Assembly: GCF_009914755.1 (NCBI RefSeq)
Contig: NC_060935.1
DNA: 64,000 bases
Origin: the human T2T-CHM13v2.0 reference genome, Homo sapiens
Direction: 5' to 3' (one strand)
This document shows, piece after piece, positions 28,000-64,000 of the stretch. The position numbers and the translations under genes were made by a program. The notes under the pieces were generated by a model that saw only the letters and a list, made by a program, of their open reading frames with translations, made no database searches and was not told the DNA's origin. Position 1 is the stretch's first letter; the number at the start of each line of letters is the position of its first letter.

Positions 28000-29165
28000 T
28001 ACCCTTGTCTTCTGCAATGCCACATTTTCCGAGTTTGCCTGCTATCTTCCTTACCCTCTTTTTCATAATCCTCTGGGAAATCTTATTTCTGATTATACTG
28101 TCTCTATCCTCTAGAAAAAGGGTTTGACATTTTCTGCCTCCACCCACAAGCCTGGGTGACCTCATCCCTCTGGGCGAAGAGCTGTTGGGTTTACCTCTAT
28201 AGCCATGTTCTCATTCCCTAGCTCCTGCCAGTTATCCACTTCTTGTCAACTTTATTTGAAGGTCCCTACACAACTCTGATCAAATACGTTCAAAATTTTA
28301 CTATTTGTTCCTGCAGTTCTGTCCTGGTCCATGTCTATTGCCTTACTGAATGGCTCTATCACTCATTCAGTTTCCTAACCCAGAATCTGAGTGTCATCCT
28401 TTCCTGTTTTTTCTCCTGATTTACACATCCATTATACCAACAAGTACTGTCATTTCTTGTTCCTAAGCATCTTTCAAATCCATTCATTCTCTCCAACTTC
28501 ACTAGCATCACAGGTAGTTCAGTAACCATCATCCCTTCCCTAGAGAACTGCCTCTACCTTGAGCCTAATTCTCTGATTTTATTATTATTTATTCCTGTTG
28601 TTTGAAACCAGGACAATATTTCTGAAATATAATCTATTTTAATTTTGAGAATCGTAATTTCAGATTATAGACCACATAGTTTTTGGAATTAAGTAAAACT
28701 GGATTTCAATCTCATCTATACCAGCTATACGAATATCTCTGAGTTTCAGTTTCTTCTTCTGAAAAATAGAAATAATAATATTACCTTCCTTCATTCCCTT
28801 TCCATTTGTGTGTCTTTTGCTCATTCATCAGGTCTCCAATTAGATGTCCCCTTATCTAGGAAGTCTCCTCTGCCTACCCAATGTTGGGTTCATTGATCCT
28901 CCTATGAGCTCTCTTAGGATATCCTACTTTACCTTGCAGATCACTGATTACAATGGGTTGTAATGATGTATTTACTCATCTGTATTGCCACTTTACCTTG
29001 CAGATAACTGATAGTAATGGATTGTAGTGATTTATTTACTGGTCTGTTTTTCCAAGTAGTCTATAAACTCTTTGAGTGAAAATTATTTTTTACCATTTTT
29101 TCAGAAGCACACGGCACACTGCTTGGCTTATAGTAGTTTTTCTAAAGAAAATGCTGAATGAATGA
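28000..29165 (+). mobile_element. L2 fragments with an embedded MIR piece
   Basis: Pyrimidine-rich L2-like sequence ending in tgctgaatgaatgaa (L2 3' tail) at ~29165. Confidence 0.6.
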
Positions 29166-29445
29166 AAACTGCACACCACTTTGCTTTCCTCCTCCATGTA
29201 AAGTAGGCATTATTTTATTTTACAAATGAATCTTAGGTTCAGGAGATTAACAGGGCCATGCAAGAAATGTTTGCCATTGGTTTGATCTTAGTCAAAGACC
29301 AGCTCGTTCTATGATACCAGCTGCTTCCTTCACTTAGAAAGGTGTTGTTTTATTGCCATACAACCAACTTGTTGCCATTTTATGGCCACTCCTGATGAAT
29401 CTCTAAAGGTGGAATTTCATGTAAATAAAACATTTAAGTTGTGTA

Positions 29446-29529
29446 TATTAAGGTTGGTGCAAAAGTTAATTGTGATTTTGGCCATAAAATAATGGCAAAA
29501 ACTGCAATTACTTTTGCACCAACCTAATA
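29446..29529. mobile_element. MADE1 (Hsmar1-derived MITE)
   Basis: TA-ttaaggttggtgcaaaagt...acttttgcaccaacctaa-TA palindrome of about 80 bp. Confidence 0.92.
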
Positions 29530-29970
29530 AAATAGTAATAGTAGTGCTCCAGGAAGACAAGAGTACTGTGGAAATGTGTGACCCTGTGAAAGGGGGTATT
29601 TACAAAATACCATTTACTTGTTTATATAACGACTTTTGAAGAGAGTCTGGCATACAGTAAATCCTCTACCACTGATATCCACAGTAATTAGCAGTATTAT
29701 TTTCATAGGAAAGACTGTATCAGGCAGCCCCTGCTTTTTCAGCAAATTTCAAAATAGACATCCACACCCATATTGGGAACACAAAATCAGTTAATGCTTC
29801 CGATATAAAAGAGGAACTAGCTGTGCGTCTCAGAAATTCTCAGCACAGCCTTTAAGGTTCCAAACATCTGCTAGAAGAGGAATGCAGATTTAAACTGAGT
29901 GAGGTGTGGAGTGGGGGAAGTTGATTGGGTCTAGACCAAAGAACTTTGAGGAACTTGCCCAGAGCCCTGC

Positions 29971-57466
<27,496 letters not shown>

Positions 57467-58237
57467 GGCCACCAAAAGATCAACAGACAAATGCTCCAGA
57501 AATCTATGCTGACTGTGACACAAGAGCCTCACATGAGAAATTACCAGTATCCAACTTCGATACTGATAGACTTGTTGATATTATTATTATATGTAATCCA
57601 ATTATGAACTGTGTGTGTATAGAGAGATAATAAATTCAAAATTATGTTCTCATTTTTTTCCCTGGAACTCAATAACTCATTTCACTGGCTCTTTATCGAG
57701 AGTACTAGAAGTTAAATTAATAAATAATGCATTTAATGAGGCAACAGCACTTGAAAGTTTTTCATTCATCATAAGAACTTTATATAAAGGCATTACATTG
57801 GCAAATAAGGTTTGGAAGCAGAAGAGCAAAAAAAAGATATTGTTAAAATGAGGCCTCCATGCAAAACACATACTTCCCTCCCATTTATTTAACTTTTTTT
57901 TTCTCCTACCTATGGGGACCAAAGTGCTTTTTCCTTCAGGAAGTGGAGATGCATGGCCATCTCCCCCTCCCTTTTTCCTTCTCCTGCTTTTCTTTCCCCA
58001 TAGAAAGTACCTTGAAGTAGCACAGTCCGTCCTTGCATGTGCACGAGCTATCATTTGAGTAAAAGTATACATGGAGTAAAAATCATATTAAGCATCAGAT
58101 TCAACTTATATTTTCTATTTCATCTTCTTCCTTTCCCTTCTCCCACCTTCTACTGGGCATAATTATATCTTAATCATATATGGAAATGTGCAACATATGG
58201 TATTTGTTAAATACGTTTGTTTTTATTGCAGAGCAAA

Positions 58238-58243
58238 AATAAA
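58238..58243 (+). terminator. Polyadenylation signal AATAAA (distal, probable main site)
   Basis: AATAAA about 770 nt after the stop codon, with U-rich sequence up- and downstream; further AATAAA at 57629-57634 and 57719-57724. Confidence 0.7.
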
Positions 58244-59253
58244 TCAAATTAGAAGCAATACTTTCATGTGCTACCTACTTCCTTTTCAGATGCAATATGG
58301 TGGAAAGAGACTAAGCGTTGATGTCAAAAATACAGTATGGTGGTAAATAATGTGGGTTTTCTAAACAGACAACCCTGGGTTTTCATCTTGCTATCCCATC
58401 TTTGTTGTTTACTACTTATGTAGCTATGAAGATGCCACAAAATTTCTCTGTGCTTCATATTTCTTTTTAGGAAGGTAGTAATAATATTGTCTGGCCCATA
58501 CACCTATGATAATTACTTGGTATAACAAAGGTAGAAAAACCAGGACTCTGACTGGTACATATGGAGCCACGAAACTTTTAATTAATATATATACATGTAT
58601 ATATGTAAATAGATATGTATTAGATATATATATCAATTTATCATTTTATTCAGCATATATCTGTAAAGTATCTGTAATGAGGCAGACATTGTTTTAAGCA
58701 TATAAGAAAATAGTGGTAAGAGAGATAATATCTTATATATATAAGATAATAGTGGTGAATAAGAGAGAGAACATCCTTCCTCTCTTGTAGGTTAAAACTT
58801 TTATGGGACAGGACATAGATTAACATATAAACAATCAAAACCTTTTTATATGTTGTTAGAAGCTAACTGGAAGAATTAATGTGCTAGAGAGTGGCTGCTG
58901 TAGTGGTGGTGAGAGATGAGTCATTAGAATGTACCCAGGAAAGTTTTTTTTTTGAGGAAGTGATATTTTCATTATGATAAGATAAAAATTATTGAATTTG
59001 CACGGATATTCGTATTTTCCAATTCAGTATATAGTATTTCTAGATTTCTCATTCTGCCCTACACTCACATATCTATTGTATCCACCTTTCTCCATGCACG
59101 CTTTTCATGGGAATGTAAGTCCCTCCTTCTATCAGTGCTAACCTGTCTACTTTCTCCAGCTCCAGGGATGGATAAGGTGTGGTAAAAGTCAGTTAAGACA
59201 TTCTATCTTCTTGGTTGAAAGTTGGAAGGTAATTAGCAAGAACCACCAAATAG

Positions 59254-59612
<359 letters not shown>

Positions 59613-60750
59613 TTACCATGTCATAAAGAGATATTGGTCTATGTATGTACCTAATTCCAATCTTTTAATTATTGTGTATGTACTGATATCCTACTTGTTT
59701 TATTTCTTCAATATTGTATTAATACTTGGCAGATTTTGTACTCGGCATTTATTCCCCATTTGTTCTGATAATGATGGCCTGATTTCCTCCAAAAAATCAC
59801 CATTATCTAACTCTTAATTTATGTACAAGGGTGGAGCTCACCCAACCCCCAATTTCAGGAGTTGACCTGTGTCCTACATCTGGGAAGTGGCAGAATTACA
59901 TCAACTCAGCTAGAGTGAAGTTCTTTGGTAGCCTTGTGACCTAGGAAAAAACAATTGTGTGAATGACTGACACATTTCCAATCAAAATTAGTCTCATCAT
60001 TTTCACTTCACTGACCAAGAAATGGTCTCCCCATCTTTCCTCTTTCCTGTTGGGTTTGGAGCTGTGAGGACGTAAGTTTGCTGCCATCAGCAGCCCCGTG
60101 ACAGACAGATGCTCACAGACAAAAGCAGAACTGAGAAGTTCCAAGTGAAAGATCAGACCCTAATGTAATTCTTTTGAGTCTCCAAGTCAAGTTTTACCCG
60201 GAGTTGGCCCAACCCCTGGGGTTTTAAATATATAAAGACAAGGAAAGAGATTTATTCAGATAGTGCAATAACTGGGCAAAATCCTTCAACGGCTTCCTCT
60301 CTAATTCAGAATAAAAGCCAAAGCTCATATAAATCCTACATAGTCCTTACATCACGTGATTCTTTGTTGTTTCTTGGATTTTTAAAATATCCTGACTTAT
60401 ATCCTGATATATTGCTTTGAGATTGTTTAAAATGGTAAGAGAGTGCCTTCTCTTGGTGATAATTAGTGCATACATAATTTTTTTAACACTTACATAAGCA
60501 ACCTAAGATTAGTACATTTTTAGTTGTAAAAAGTTCATGCAAATATTTTGTGCTATTAGTGCAAGATATTATGATTCCAACTTTTAGACAAGACTACCTG
60601 CACTTGTTTCATGTCATGTGATTTGAAATTTATTCTTCATTTGGTTATTCTTGGTTTTATCTATATGTGATTAGAAAGCAGTAGGAAAATGTCCATGAGA
60701 CTTTGTCTCCTTTTGCTACTTTTACAATAAAAATAATTATTGTTTCATAG

Positions 60751-60942
60751 GTTTTTGTTTTTTTTTTTGAGAGAGGGTCTGGCTCTGTTGCACAGGCTGG
60801 AGTGCATTAGAACCTCTGCCTCCTGGACTTAAGCCATCCTCCCACCTCAGCCTCCTAAGTAAATGGGACTACAGGTGTGCACCACCACACCCAGCTACTT
60901 TTTCTATTTTTTGTAGAGACAGTGTTTCACCATGTTGCCCAG
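60751..60942 (-). mobile_element. Partial AluJ
   Basis: Antisense right arm with an internal deletion. Confidence 0.85.
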
Positions 60943-62369
60943 TTTGATTCCCTGTCTGCTTAATGATTGCAAGAGGCTCCCCTGCTGGGTTGAAGTTGGG
61001 CCAAGAATTGCCTTAGTAGTGGTTGATACGGTTGGGATGGTATGGTTAAAGTTGAACTCATCATTGAGGGAAGCATCTTGGGACCGCACTTCGCCTTGTA
61101 AATAATTGGAAAAAAAAAGTTATAAGGTCTTGAGTATATAAAGTGATATTATTGATAACTTCTAACTATAAGTAGTCCAAGCTCTTCAGGTAGATGCAAG
61201 ATATCTGTGACTAAAAATGATTTTTTTAAAAAATTTGAATCCAGTATTTTTGGGTTTTTTTTTTGTCTTAGACTCACTGAGGCAAAATGAAGGCTTCACG
61301 CTAAGTTAAATTTGTGTTATCAAATATTTCTGTCCCCTTTCTCCTCTAAAATCTAATTTCTCTTCTCTATCAGTCCTAAATATCAAAGATTATAAGAAAA
61401 GTAAGGATAATTAAAGATTAAAGAATATTGAGGCTTGTGTATTTTTTCAGTCAATGATAAAGAAATGGGCGATCAATAATAAGCAACTGGTAAGTGTACT
61501 ATAATCAGCATTGCTACAAAAACTGCTATCTATTGAGAAAACATGCATCCAACTATTAAAAGTAATTTATATTTATAAAATCAAATTAAACCCACTCGTA
61601 AATGTAAGAGAAGTCTCAAAGGGCTCATTGTTATAACAGTTATAATAGGTATTTTTACATTTGAGGTTGTAAAATGATAATACTGTATGCAAAGTTAGAG
61701 GCAAATCAACAGTTCTAACAGTGATGTGTTACACTTACATTACTCAGTAAATTGGATTATAGAGCATGGAACAATTTGGGGAAGAATCATCTCGGGTGTT
61801 CCCACTGACCATTAGAAATCTGTAATTTATCTTAAATTAACTATTTTTAAAATTTGCCATTTTCCACAACTCTTACTTTTCCTGATTCTGAGTCCTGATC
61901 CCATAAACTTGCAATACTCTATGGAAAGGATTTCAAGAGAGACATACTTTTATCTTTAATAAAAACATGAATTAAACCAGAAGGAAGGAAATAAAGAGTT
62001 GAAGCCCACTGCTGTGGCTGCTGAAGTAATAGATGCATTTTATCTTAATACTTGACTAGAAATTTCCTGTATCTTCATTTTGTATCTTATTATGAATCTT
62101 CATCATTAAAATGTATGATAGCTTTATGGTAGGTCTTGAAATCAGGTAGCATATGTCTCATATTATTTTTCTTCATTAACAAAATTGATTTAGTCAAAGT
62201 CTTTAATTATTTCATGTACATTTTGGAATTACTTCGTCAACTTTATGCAATCCAAAAAGACCTTCTTGGATTTTGATTAAGAAGGTATTGAGTCTATAGG
62301 TCTATAAGGGAAAATTGCCAACTTAACAATATTGAGTTTTCTAATCCATTAACAGAATATACCTTTTCC

Positions 62370-63494
62370 TTTATTTATTTATTATTTTTATTTATTTATA
62401 TTTTTTTGAGATGGAGTCTCGCTCTGTCACCCAGGCTGTAGTGCAATGGTGTAATCTTGGCTTACTACAACCCCTACACCTCCTGGGTTCAAGTGATTCT
62501 CTCACCTCAGCCTCCAGGTACCTGGGATTACAGGCACACGCCACCACACTAGGCTAATTTTTTGCATTCTTTTAGTAGAGATGGGGTTTCACCATGTTAA
62601 CCAGGCTAGTCTTGAACTCCGTAAATGCACAGCTTAGTGTTAGAAAACAAATTTAGAATACTTCCCTGCAGATTTCTGGACCTCTGTCTCTGCATAGCTA
62701 TCCCCTTTATGGTTCTCTTCTCACTAATTATAGCTGTCTCACTGCCCTCAAATTCTGGTTTTTGTCTTCTGAATTTGGCAATATCAGAATGGATCCCTCT
62801 CCCTGACCATGGTCTGGAAAGTTTCTTCATGCAGAAAACCAGAGCAATTATTATATTCACATTTGTTTTCATTTTTTCAGTGTTGAAAGTCCGGCACTGT
62901 TTCCCAATGTCTGGAAGCAGTTGTGCTTAATTTTTTTCCGGTTTTATTTATGATATAAAAAAATTTTTGAGACAAGCTCTAACTCTAACACCCAGGTTTG
63001 AGTGCAATGGTGCAATCATAGCTCACTGCAGCCTCAAAATACTGAGCTCAAGGGATTCTCCAACTTCAGCCTCCCAAAGTGCTGGGATTAAAGGTATGGG
63101 CCACTGTGACCAGCGCAGTTTTCTAACTGAACAGAGTGGAAGATTAAGTCTGGTTCTATCATAATTGGAAGAGCTGAGTTTCAACTTTAAAAAGATGATC
63201 ATAGGCTGGGCATGGTGGCTCACGCCTGTAATTCCAGCACTTTGGGAAGTCGAGGGGGGCGGATCACTTCAGGTCAGGAGTTCAAGACCAGCCTGACCAA
63301 CATGGTGAAACCTCGTCTCTACTAAAAAATACAAAACTTAGTTGAGCATGGTGGTGCGCGCCTGTAATCCCAGCTACTTGGGAGGCTTGGCAGGAGAATT
63401 GCTTGAACCCGGGAGGAGGAGGTTGTAGCGAGCCAAGATTATGCCACTGCATTCCAGCCTGGGCCACAGAGTGAGACTCCATCTCAAAAAAAAA
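62370..63494. mobile_element. Alu cluster: Alu 62370-62620(-), Alu monomer-like 62965-63118(-), AluS 63204-63494(+)
   Basis: Alu consensus matches. Confidence 0.88.
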
Positions 63495-64000
63495 GCTCAT
63501 GAACACAGATGTTAGCATTTTTATTTCATTTGTTTATATTTAAAATCGATTTAAGCATGTCAACATATGTAACTTAATAAAATTAATACTTATAATTTAA
63601 AATATTCAAGCAGAAAATTGAAGTATTGTCCTTTTCATATGCTGATATTTTAGTCACCTTAATTGGGTTTCATAAGAAGCAACTATTAAAAGACACTAGC
63701 ATGTTGCAATTATTTTTTATTTAAATTAATTTGTGTTATTTTGCAATGTTTTATATAGTAATATCCAGACAGTTTTAATATACACTCAAAAGTTTTGTTT
63801 TCACACAACATAAATATAGGAAACACAATGAGACAAAGCTATACAAATTCCAGGGAAAATATTTAAATCTTTGAATTTATTAAAATATGTCTCTCAGTTT
63901 GAATTTTGAGTTTACTGTAGGAAAACACAGAAATGATGTGTAAAGTAACTTCCTTTTGATTGCCTGGTGGATAGAAAAACAAAAAACAACTAAATTTGAG

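Overview
Human (primate) genomic DNA containing the complete MS4A4A gene (CD20-like tetraspan, MS4A cluster, 11q12) on the + strand. Seven coding exons at 29971-57466 splice at GT-AG sites into a continuous 239-aa ORF. There is also a probable 146-nt cassette exon in the first intron and several AATAAA signals in the 3' UTR. About 30 kb of upstream sequence and the introns are dominated by transposon fossils: L1, L2, MIR, Alu, solo LTRs with clean TSDs, an ERVL pol remnant, MER5/MER58 and MADE1. Most entries in the ORF track are repeat-derived or chance. Main observations: (1) including the apparently L2-derived cassette exon turns the Met1 frame into a 68-aa uORF whose stop overlaps the Met20 start (ATGA); (2) two independent local inverted duplications, one datable by nested insertions and lying just 3' of that cassette exon; (3) an Alu-to-Alu gene-conversion tract; (4) inverted Alus flanking in-frame skippable exons; (5) a CTCF motif with a core mismatch that may be the Alzheimer-associated regulatory variant of this locus. 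I see no unambiguous new gene system; (1) and (2) are the best leads. Repeat subfamily names and rs-identifiers are from recall and need database confirmation.
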